IMG/VR virus record: IMGVR_UViG_3300028586_000004
Coordinates: 1 to 60,645 of that record
DNA: 60,645 nucleotides
Strand: one strand, 5' to 3'
Source of the DNA: a virus
Position numbers and translations under genes: made by a program. Every line of letters begins with the position of its first letter. Position 1 is the first letter of the stretch. This document shows, one piece after another, positions 41,757 through 49,182 of the stretch. The notes below the pieces were generated by a model that saw only the letters and a list, made by a program, of their open reading frames with translations, did not search any database and was not told where the DNA came from.

Positions 41757-41766
41757 CGCCTACCCC
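41750..41766. repeat. inverted repeat GGGGTAG-cgc-CTACCCC
   Basis: Contains the TAG stop 41754-41756. Near-identical to 25001-25018. Confidence 0.8.
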
Positions 41767-41776
41767 GGCTCGCGCC

Positions 41777-41806
41777 TTGCCCACCGACCACTGCCCCGCG
41801 TAGAAT
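41777..41806 (+). promoter_or_regulatory. candidate ssb promoter TTGCCC-18 nt-TAGAAT
   Basis: Read directly. The -10 lies in the loop of the 9-bp inverted repeat CTGCCCCGC..GCGGGGCAG (41791-41816). Confidence 0.5.
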
Positions 41807-41852
41807 AGCGGGGCAGTTTCATTGAGAAAACCTACCCGAGAGAAGGTGCCCC

Positions 41853-42482
41853 ATGGCGGGCGAGACCATTATCACGATCGTCGGAAATCTGACCGCCGAC
41901 CCCGAGCTGCGCTACACGCAGAACGGCGCGGCCGTGGCGAACTTCACGATCGCGTCCACGCCGCGCACGTTCGACAAGGCGAGCAACGACTGGAAGGACG
42001 GGGACGCGCTGTTCATGCGCTGCTCCGCCTGGCGCGACACCGGCGAGCACGCCGCATCGTCGCTGACGAAGGGGTCGCGCGTCATCGCGACGGGCCGCCT
42101 CCAGCAGCGCAGCTACGAGAAGGACGGCGAGAAGCGCACCGTCATCGAGCTCGAGGTTGACGAGATCGGCCCGTCACTCAAGTACGCCGTCGCTCAGGTG
42201 ACGCGCGCGTCTTCGTCGGCCACCCAGCAGCGCAACCAGGGGCAGCAGAACGGCTACGGCCAGCAGCAGCCCCAGCAGGGCGGGTACCCCCCGCAGCAGC
42301 CGCAGCAGGGCCAGCAGCCCGGCGGCTGGTACGACGGGCCCCCGCAGCAGCCGTCCGGCGTTCAGCAGCCCCAGCAGGGCCAGCCCCAGGGCGGCCAGTG
42401 GGGCGGCCAGCAGGCGCCGCAGCAGGGCCAGCCGCAGCAGCAGCCGCAGCCCGGCGGCTTCAACGCCGAGACGCCGTTCTGA
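41853..42482 (+). CDS. ssb: single-stranded DNA-binding protein (209 aa)
   Basis: The OB-fold N-terminus [25 protein letters not shown], a Gln/Pro/Gly-rich tail and a terminal ETPF tip. Confidence 0.9.
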   Translation: MAGETIITIVGNLTADPELRYTQNGAAVANFTIASTPRTFDKASNDWKDGDALFMRCSAWRDTGEHAASSLTKGSRVIATGRLQQRSYEKDGEKRTVIELEVDEIGPSLKYAVAQVTRASSSATQQRNQGQQNGYGQQQPQQGGYPPQQPQQGQQPGGWYDGPPQQPSGVQQPQQGQPQGGQWGGQQAPQQGQPQQQPQPGGFNAETPF

Positions 42483-42868
42483 TGCGCCGCCACACCCCGC
42501 GCCTCGAGGGCCCGCTCGCCGTCGAGGGCTACACGCCGCTCAACCCGGTCTCCGACGAGGACTACGAAGACGAGATCGCCTGGCTGATGCGGAACTTCTG
42601 GTACGACCGCAGCCAGCACGACCAGGATGGTTTCCTGGCCCAGGATGCCGGAAGCCCCGCATGCCTCGCGCTCGGCCACAAGCCCGTCCTCGTCGACGGC
42701 TTCGGCTACGAAGACTGGGGCGACGATCACGCCGGCAGCTTCGACGGCGAGTGGCTCTGCAAGGCCCTCACAACCGACACGTGCTGCACATACTGCGAGG
42801 GCGAATGTCAGCTCGAAATCCCCCTCCGCAAGGACTTCCTCTGGAGCCTGGTTGGGGCCGACGCGTGA
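42482..42868 (+). CDS. hypothetical Cys-containing protein (128 aa)
   Basis: ATG 42482 (TGATG coupling). Motif CCTYCEGEC. Confidence 0.6.
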   Translation: MRRHTPRLEGPLAVEGYTPLNPVSDEDYEDEIAWLMRNFWYDRSQHDQDGFLAQDAGSPACLALGHKPVLVDGFGYEDWGDDHAGSFDGEWLCKALTTDTCCTYCEGECQLEIPLRKDFLWSLVGADA

Positions 42869-43287
42869 GCGACACCGGGCCCGTACCCAAGAAGCGGCGA
42901 CGCTCGCTCGCGACCGCCAAGGCGGCCGGCGCCGAGTTCGAACGCGTCGTCGCCGACACCCTCAAGCACCACCTCAACGATGACGGCATCGACCGGCAGG
43001 TCAAGATGGGCGCCAAGGACCTCGGGGACATCCGCGGAGTGAAGCTCCACGGGCAGCGCATCGCCATCGAGGTGAAGAACACGTCAAGCTCCAACCTCCC
43101 TCAGGCGCTGCGTGAGGCCGAGGTGGAGCGCGGCAACCTGGATGCGCTGGCCGGCGTCGTTGTCTCCAAGCGTCATGGCATCGGCTACACGCGCCCGCTC
43201 GAGCAGCTCGTCTCGATGACCCTTGGGGAGTTCATCGCTCTCCTCACGGCAAGCCGAGAGCACTACGACGAGGGAGCGGAGTCGTGA
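42865..43287 (+). CDS. PD-(D/E)xK nuclease, Holliday-junction-resolvase-like (140 aa)
   Basis: GTG 42865. GAEFERVVADTL ... DIRGV..GQRIAIEVKN matches the Hjc-type pattern (from memory). Confidence 0.5.
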   Translation: MSDTGPVPKKRRRSLATAKAAGAEFERVVADTLKHHLNDDGIDRQVKMGAKDLGDIRGVKLHGQRIAIEVKNTSSSNLPQALREAEVERGNLDALAGVVVSKRHGIGYTRPLEQLVSMTLGEFIALLTASREHYDEGAES

Positions 43288-43547
43288 TCGAGACCTTCGG
43301 CGAAGTCGTGGCCCTCGCCTGTGTCGCGATCGCCGAGTGGGCCGTCGCCTTCGTCAGCGCCCACTGGGTATGGGTCGTGGCCTGCCTGCTGATCTTCCTG
43401 CTCGCGACACTGGGGCTCGAGCTGGCCGAAGATCGCCGGCAGGCGCGACTGCTGGATCGTGCGCTCGCTCAGGGCGCAGACCGGCGCCACGACTACCGGC
43501 GTACGCCGGAGCGGCCGTGGCCCGAGCCGCACGACATCGACCGGTAG
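43284..43547 (+). CDS. membrane protein (87 aa)
   Basis: ORF track; two hydrophobic helices. Confidence 0.6.
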   Translation: MIETFGEVVALACVAIAEWAVAFVSAHWVWVVACLLIFLLATLGLELAEDRRQARLLDRALAQGADRRHDYRRTPERPWPEPHDIDR

Positions 43548-43549
43548 CC

Positions 43550-44248
43550 GTGCGCTTCTCAGCCGACATCGAAGCGGCCGTGCGTGCAGCCCTCGCCGAG
43601 AACGCCGATGCGTGCATCACGTTCCCGGAAGAGGCGTACGCCGGCCGCAAGGTGCCGGTCATCAGTCGCCCCCACGGTGCGGTGATGATCCACCGCTACC
43701 TCTACCGCGAGCTCATCGGCCCCTTGCCGACGAACCGCTTCCTCCTCGGGCCCACGTGCGGCACCGAAGGGTGCGTCAGCCCCTACCACCGGACCGTGTC
43801 GAAGCGCGCCAACGACCCCGACTTCTGCCGGAACGGCCATCGATACACGCCGGAGAACACGCTCAAGACGAAGCACGACCGGTGCCGCACGTGTCGAGAT
43901 CAGCGCAACCAGCGCCGCGATCGGTACGGGGAGCCGACCCAGGCGCAGATCAATAAGGCGAAGACCCACTGTCCCGAGGATCACGAGTACACCCCGGAGA
44001 ATACGTACATAACGAACAAGGGGCAACGTAAGTGCAAGACGTGTACACTCAAACGTGTAGCGACCCGACGCAACAGGATGAAGCAACTCATCCAGGAAGC
44101 AGTACCCGATGACCAACCCGACACTCCTCGCGAAGCGAGGCACGTTCACGCTCAAGCAGGAGCAGCGGATGCTGCGCCCCGTGAACGGCAACACGGTGCA
44201 GATCAAGCAGGGGAACGCCTACATCCCCGCGGTGCAGGTGCGCGCTGA
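43550..44248 (+). CDS. HNH endonuclease-like protein (232 aa)
   Basis: GTG 43550. Repeated C..GH.YTPENT...C.TC zinc-finger units. GC visibly lower across 43940-44100. The frame stays open 140 nt into the next gene. Confidence 0.55.
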   Translation: MRFSADIEAAVRAALAENADACITFPEEAYAGRKVPVISRPHGAVMIHRYLYRELIGPLPTNRFLLGPTCGTEGCVSPYHRTVSKRANDPDFCRNGHRYTPENTLKTKHDRCRTCRDQRNQRRDRYGEPTQAQINKAKTHCPEDHEYTPENTYITNKGQRKCKTCTLKRVATRRNRMKQLIQEAVPDDQPDTPREARHVHAQAGAADAAPRERQHGADQAGERLHPRGAGAR

Positions 44249-44831
44249 GCTCGGCCGCACATTCGGCATGGGCAACTGGGAAGCCGACACCACCGACCTC
44301 GAGCTCCTGTTCGAGGTCGCCACGAAGACGAAGTCCTCCGGCGCCGACGCCTGGCTCGTCGGCTACCGCGCGCGCGTCGAGCTCCGCGTTCGCAACTACG
44401 AGGGCGAGCTCGTCTACTGCGGCTCCGCCTGGCACGTCGACTCCTCCACCCAGCCCCAGCGCGGCGACTGCCATGCGAAGGCGATCACGAGCGCCGAGTC
44501 CTTCGCTCTCCGCCGCGCCGCGCTGCCACTCGGCGACATCTTCGGCCTGCACCTCTACGCCAAGGGCAACATCACCGGCGTCATCGGCAACTCCGAGTTC
44601 ATCGTCGACCACCTCATCCCCCAGGGCCTCGCCGACGGCAGCCTCGTCAAGGACCCGAACACCGGCTTCATCTACCCGAAGCCGGAGACCGCGAGCGAGG
44701 AGATCAACGACAAGGACATCGACTACGGCGACGGCACCGGCGAGGCCGGTGTCTCCGATGAGACCGACGAAGAGCCCGACGTCGATGCCGTGAACGGCGC
44801 CTTCGCCCACGACCGGGACCCGCAGCGATGA
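44109..44831 (+). CDS. Rad52/Sak-like single-strand annealing protein (240 aa)
   Basis: HAKAITSAESFALRRAALPLGDIFGLHLY matches the Rad52-family signature, with an acidic C-terminal tail. Confidence 0.65.
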   Translation: MTNPTLLAKRGTFTLKQEQRMLRPVNGNTVQIKQGNAYIPAVQVRAELGRTFGMGNWEADTTDLELLFEVATKTKSSGADAWLVGYRARVELRVRNYEGELVYCGSAWHVDSSTQPQRGDCHAKAITSAESFALRRAALPLGDIFGLHLYAKGNITGVIGNSEFIVDHLIPQGLADGSLVKDPNTGFIYPKPETASEEINDKDIDYGDGTGEAGVSDETDEEPDVDAVNGAFAHDRDPQR

Positions 44832-45817
44832 GCCTCGGCACGCTGCGCTACGTCGCGCCGCCCGTCCTGCCTGTCGACGTCGAAGGCGAGGAGTGGCCCG
44901 ACCCGCTCGTCGAGCACGGTCGCGCCGTTGGTGACGCCATCATCGGGCTGCTCATCCAGCACGAGAACGACAAGCCGCGCTCCAAGCAGAAGGCACTCGG
45001 CATGTCGTCCCTCGGCGGCTGCCGCGAGTTCATCCGCGCGACCATCGCGGGCGACCCTCGGCAGGACAGCGAGAAGTGGAAGCTGGAGGCCATGGTCGGC
45101 ACCGCCGTCGGCGACTACTTCGAGCAGGCGCTCGAGGCCGGCGACGAGGGTGTGACCGCACAGGCGTTCATCATGGTCGAGTTCAAGTCGGGCCTCCGTG
45201 CCGGTGGATCCGTTGACCTCCTCACGAAGACCAGCGTCATCGACCTCAAGACGCGCGACGGCCTCGGCGACGTGCGCCGTGAGGGTCCGCCGTTCAAGAA
45301 CAAGGCGCAGATCTTCGGCTACCTGCAGGGCGCCATCCAGGAGGGGAAGCTCCCCGCGGACGGCGTCGGCCACCTCGTCTACATCGACCGCTCGGGCAAG
45401 GACAAGACCGTCTACGTCTGGTCACTGCAGGCCGGCACGCCCGAGTACGAGGCCATCGAGCAGGAGCTGATGAACCGGCTCCACGATGTCGCGATGGCGA
45501 TCACGACCGGCAGCTCGCAGGGCTACCTGCGAGACGAGCCGATGCAGTGGTGCAAGCTCGTCGAGTGCCCCTTCCGGGACGCGTGCTGGGCGGGCTACGA
45601 GCCGGAGACCGCGATCACGCACCCGAAGATCATCGAGTCGGTGAAGAAGTACCAGATCGCGCGCGCCGACGCGAAGGACGCCGAGAGCCGGAAGGCCCAC
45701 GCGCGCCAGGAGCTGATCGGCTCCGAGGGCCTCACCCCTGACGGAACGCAGGTCCGATGGGCCACGCGCGCCAACGACAAGGGCACGGTCACGAGCATGC
45801 TGACCGTTCGACCCTGA
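44828..45817 (+). CDS. Cas4/RecB-like PD-(D/E)xK exonuclease (329 aa)
   Basis: An N-terminal Cys (GGCREF), the nuclease motifs VDLL..VIDLKT and QIFGYL, and the C-terminal cluster WCKLVECPFRDAC. Confidence 0.65.
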   Translation: MSLGTLRYVAPPVLPVDVEGEEWPDPLVEHGRAVGDAIIGLLIQHENDKPRSKQKALGMSSLGGCREFIRATIAGDPRQDSEKWKLEAMVGTAVGDYFEQALEAGDEGVTAQAFIMVEFKSGLRAGGSVDLLTKTSVIDLKTRDGLGDVRREGPPFKNKAQIFGYLQGAIQEGKLPADGVGHLVYIDRSGKDKTVYVWSLQAGTPEYEAIEQELMNRLHDVAMAITTGSSQGYLRDEPMQWCKLVECPFRDACWAGYEPETAITHPKIIESVKKYQIARADAKDAESRKAHARQELIGSEGLTPDGTQVRWATRANDKGTVTSMLTVRP

Positions 45818-45882
45818 CCCCACAGACCAGGCAGCCCGCCTTCCAACAGGGCATCCATCACCACCCACAAGAAGGAGCCATC

Positions 45883-46248
45883 ATGGCCCGCAACACCGGC
45901 ACCACCCCGACCGACATCGCCGAGGACCAGACGGAGACGTTCGCCGAGGACATCACCCCCGTCGAGACCGCCGAGGAGAAGCTCGCGCGCCTCCGCGGCA
46001 GCTTCGTCAAGGCGCCCGTCGCCGAGGTCGAGGTCAACCCCGCCGACGCCGCTCGCGACGAGAAGATCGCCGACCTGGAGAACCGCTTCGAGCTGTTCTT
46101 CACGAGCCTCGACGGCATCACGGCGTACGCCAGCGCCGACGCCAAGGTGAAGATGTTCACGTCGCTCGCGACCACGAAGTCGCGGGCGCTCACGGTCATC
46201 AACGGCCTCACGGACCAGCAGCTCCTCACGGCGCCGACGGAGTCCTGA
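45883..46248 (+). CDS. hypothetical acidic protein (121 aa)
   Basis: ATG 45883 with RBS GAAGGAG. Confidence 0.65.
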   Translation: MARNTGTTPTDIAEDQTETFAEDITPVETAEEKLARLRGSFVKAPVAEVEVNPADAARDEKIADLENRFELFFTSLDGITAYASADAKVKMFTSLATTKSRALTVINGLTDQQLLTAPTES

Positions 46249-46445
46249 TGGCCCTGTCCGCCGCCGCGATCCCCAACCCGGAGCAGAAGCAGGCCCTGGC
46301 GCAGCTGCTCGCCAAGGCCAGCGAATTCGAGGAAGCCATCCTCGCACTGCTGCCCGCCGGCCGGGATCGCTCGCTCGCGATCACGCACCTCGAGGACTCG
46401 CTCATGCGAGCGAACCGCGCGGTGTTCCAGCCCCCGGTCGACTGA
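46248..46445 (+). CDS. hypothetical protein (65 aa)
   Basis: ORF track; TGATG coupling. Confidence 0.6.
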   Translation: MALSAAAIPNPEQKQALAQLLAKASEFEEAILALLPAGRDRSLAITHLEDSLMRANRAVFQPPVD

Positions 46446-46870
46446 TGGGGTTCGAGAAGTTCGTCCGCGGAAGGAAGGGGTACGCCATGCCAACGACACC
46501 CAGCCTCCGGGTCAGCAAGAACGGATCCGGCCGCTCGGGCTCCTCGACCCTGTTCCGGCTCTCGCCGGCAGCCATGGAGCACCTCGGCAGCCCCAGGTAC
46601 GTGCTGATCTGGTTCGACCGCGTGCGCAAGATGCTCGCGATCGACCCGCTCGACCAGCGGGCGCCAGGCGCCTACACACTGCAGCACTTCGACTCCGGCC
46701 AGGGCACCTTCCAGGCCCCGGTCCTGTCGGCGCAGTTCGACGTGAAGGTGCCCATGCTGGCGGCGTACGAGCTTCCCGCTGAGCTCGGCGACGAGCGGCG
46801 ACTACTGGTCGCGATCCAGGATCTGCTCGTTGGAGAAGAGCGCCTGCGTTCCGCAGTGAACAACGACTAG
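46445..46870 (+). CDS. hypothetical protein, last rightward gene (141 aa)
   Basis: ORF track. The TAG stop lies inside the palindrome. Confidence 0.6.
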   Translation: MGFEKFVRGRKGYAMPTTPSLRVSKNGSGRSGSSTLFRLSPAAMEHLGSPRYVLIWFDRVRKMLAIDPLDQRAPGAYTLQHFDSGQGTFQAPVLSAQFDVKVPMLAAYELPAELGDERRLLVAIQDLLVGEERLRSAVNND

Positions 46871-46880
46871 CTAGCTAGTC
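46865..46880. repeat. CTAG palindrome, perfect copy
   Basis: Contains the TAG stop 46868-46870. Confidence 0.95.
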
Positions 46881-46883
46881 GCG

Positions 46884-46927
46884 CACGACGAAGCCCCTCG
46901 ACCATCTGGCCGGGGGGCTTCGTCGTG
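46884..46927. terminator. 14-bp-stem bidirectional hairpin at the convergence point of the two arms
   Basis: CACGACGAAGCCCC-16 nt-GGGGCTTCGTCGTG. Confidence 0.8.
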
Positions 46928-46962
46928 AACCGTGGTACTCGTCTTGGTGGGACAGCCCCAGG

Positions 46963-48093
46963 CTACAGCGCGCGGATGATGTAGCGCACCACCTGGTACG
47001 GCTGCATGTTGTTGTGCGGCAGGCCGCCGCCACGAGCCGTGAGCTGCGACCCGCGGTAGTTGAACGTCGTCCCGCCGCCCGTCGCGTACAGCGTGCCGCC
47101 GGCCGCGTTCGAGATGATGTCCGTCGCCCCGTTCGCGAGCTCGTGCGTGTGCGACGGCATCTCCTGCTCCGTGAGGCGATGCGTGCGCTCCCCGCCCTTG
47201 ACCCCCATGGTGCTGAGCTCGGGGTCGCCCGACATCCAGCCGACCGGGACGCGGCCCTGCAGGTCCGGCAGCGAGAAGCTCGTCGCCGTCGGGGCGCCGT
47301 AGGCCGTGCTGAGGACCTCGAAGAGCGCGGGGAAGTCGGTTCGCTCGCGCGCGGTGCCGTTGCAGACCAGCCAGCCGGCCGGCGGCGTCACGCCCCCGAA
47401 GGCCGTGATGGCTCCGATGGGGCTCGCGCCCTGGTTCAGGGACTGCCACGCGCCGCCCGCGCCGAAGAGGATGGCGCCAGTGTCGGTCACGTAGACCACG
47501 CGGCCGTCCTTCGCGGTCGGGAGGTTCGCCGCCGTGTAGGCGGGCAGCTGGCCCAGCGGCGTGGTGCGCAGCTGCCCGTTCGCGTCGGCGTACACCGGCG
47601 CGCCGGAGGTCGACTGCTGGCCGAAGCCCGCCAGGGACCCAGAGCCCCACGTGCCGGCCGTGGAGGGGCGCAGCGGCGCCGTCCCGGAGCCGTCGCCCAC
47701 GAGCCCCACGCCGGTCGTCACGGCGCCCGGAGCGGCCGTCGGCGGGGCGCCGAAGTCCCAGTGCCCCGTCGCCTCGGTGTCGGCGACCCAGATGGGCACG
47801 TAGCCCGCGGCCAGCGCCTTCGACGGCTTCACGTCCGTCAGGTCCAGCATGCGCAGCGAGTGGGTGGCGGAGATGACCGCCGGGTCGCTCGGCGTGCCGG
47901 CGCCACGGATCGTGATCTGGATCCTGTCGGTGCTGGACGGTGATCCAGCCAGCGACGTCTTGATCTGCGTCACCCCCGAGTTCGACACCTTGAACGGCGA
48001 CGCCGTCGTGCCGTTCCCCTCGACGGTGATGCCGGCGCCCGCGACGATCGTGCAACCGCAGGAGCTTCCTGCGCATCCGCATCCTCGTGCCAT
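46963..48093 (-). CDS. tail fibre protein with C-terminal phage tail-collar domain (376 aa)
   Basis: WLVCNGTARERTDFPALFEVLSTAYGAPTATSFSLPDLQGRVPVG ... LPHNNMQPY. Cys-rich N-terminus MARGCGCAGSSCGC. Confidence 0.7.
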   Translation of the reverse strand: MARGCGCAGSSCGCTIVAGAGITVEGNGTTASPFKVSNSGVTQIKTSLAGSPSSTDRIQITIRGAGTPSDPAVISATHSLRMLDLTDVKPSKALAAGYVPIWVADTEATGHWDFGAPPTAAPGAVTTGVGLVGDGSGTAPLRPSTAGTWGSGSLAGFGQQSTSGAPVYADANGQLRTTPLGQLPAYTAANLPTAKDGRVVYVTDTGAILFGAGGAWQSLNQGASPIGAITAFGGVTPPAGWLVCNGTARERTDFPALFEVLSTAYGAPTATSFSLPDLQGRVPVGWMSGDPELSTMGVKGGERTHRLTEQEMPSHTHELANGATDIISNAAGGTLYATGGGTTFNYRGSQLTARGGGLPHNNMQPYQVVRYIIRAL

Positions 48094-48109
48094 GTTGGTC
48101 GTCCCTTCT

Positions 48110-48850
48110 CTACCAGCTGATCCAGAGGTCGCCGGTCTTCCATCCGCCCGCGGGCGCGGCCGGCTGGCCCTGCTGTACGAAGACGCGGCGGCCGTTGATG
48201 CGCCCCGCGTCGAGGTTCTCCGGGTCGCTGATCTGCGAGGCCGTGTGCGTGTGCGCGGTCGGGGTGAACGCCGACGGCTTGCCGGCGAGAGTGGCCCACG
48301 TGCTCACGAGCCCTCCCGACGGCGGGGCCGCCCGAAGCTCCCCCGCGGAGTCGACGTAGATCGACAGCCCCACGGTGGAGTCGCTGCCGAGACCCGCCAG
48401 GTCTTCGGCGCCCCACTCGCCTGACGTTGCGACGCCGATCGGCGACGCTGCCGAGCCGATGCCGCGGATCCCGCGCGTGGTGCTGACCGCGCCGGCCGGA
48501 GCGACGGGCGGCGGCCGGAACTCGAAGTGGCCCTCGAGCCCGCCGGCCGGCGCCACCCACACGGGGACATCCCCGGTCGTGGGGCCCGCCGGGTCGTTCA
48601 CGTCGGTCAGGTCCTGCAGGCGTGCGGTGGTGTCGGCGCGGAACGTGAGCGGGTCGTCCGGCGTGCCGGATCCCGTGAGGGTGAAGTTGACCGAGTTGGT
48701 GTCCAGCACCCGGATGCCGGTCAGCAGGGCCGAGGTGCCGTTCTGGATCAGGAACGGGTTCGACGTCGAGCCGGAACCCGACACCTCGATGCCGTTCCCG
48801 CCGACGATCCGCACGTCGTTCACCGACGTGCCGCAGCATCCAGCAGCCAT
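48110..48850 (-). CDS. tail fibre protein, paralog of the 46963..48093 N-terminal half (246 aa)
   Basis: N-terminus MAAGCCGTS... About 170 aa align with the neighbouring fibre. Confidence 0.6.
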   Translation of the reverse strand: MAAGCCGTSVNDVRIVGGNGIEVSGSGSTSNPFLIQNGTSALLTGIRVLDTNSVNFTLTGSGTPDDPLTFRADTTARLQDLTDVNDPAGPTTGDVPVWVAPAGGLEGHFEFRPPPVAPAGAVSTTRGIRGIGSAASPIGVATSGEWGAEDLAGLGSDSTVGLSIYVDSAGELRAAPPSGGLVSTWATLAGKPSAFTPTAHTHTASQISDPENLDAGRINGRRVFVQQGQPAAPAGGWKTGDLWISW

Positions 48851-48888
48851 GTCCTACCTCGCTTCCCTGGTACAGCCTAGGCGCTGCA

Positions 48889-49182
48889 TCAGAACTTGAT
48901 CACGGAGATCAGCCCGGCGGGCGCCGCGACCGTGGGGATCTTGAACGTCGAAGCCGAAGGGGCGCCGAAGCGGTCGCCGAGCACGTCGAAGAGCTGCGGG
49001 TACACGTCGCGCTCCAGCGTCCGCCCGTCGGCAGGGACCCAGCCGTTCGGGGCCGTCGCGTGTGCGAGGAAGCGGACCTCGCCGATGATGGTGGTGCGCG
49101 TCACGCGGCGCTCCTGCGCACCGATGCGCTTCGTCATCTGGCGCAGGACGTTCTCGCCGGTGATCTCGAGCGGGCCGCCCAT
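48889..49182 (-). CDS. small tail-collar-domain protein (97 aa)
   Basis: WVPADGRTLERDVYPQLFDVLGDRFGAPSASTFKIP. Confidence 0.6.
   Translation of the reverse strand: MGGPLEITGENVLRQMTKRIGAQERRVTRTTIIGEVRFLAHATAPNGWVPADGRTLERDVYPQLFDVLGDRFGAPSASTFKIPTVAAPAGLISVIKF

Noticed and set aside
42230-42470. A CAG/CCC-rich repetitive DNA stretch.
   Set aside because: It is the in-frame Gln/Pro/Gly-rich linker of SSB, a normal feature of SSB C-terminal tails, not a non-coding repeat.
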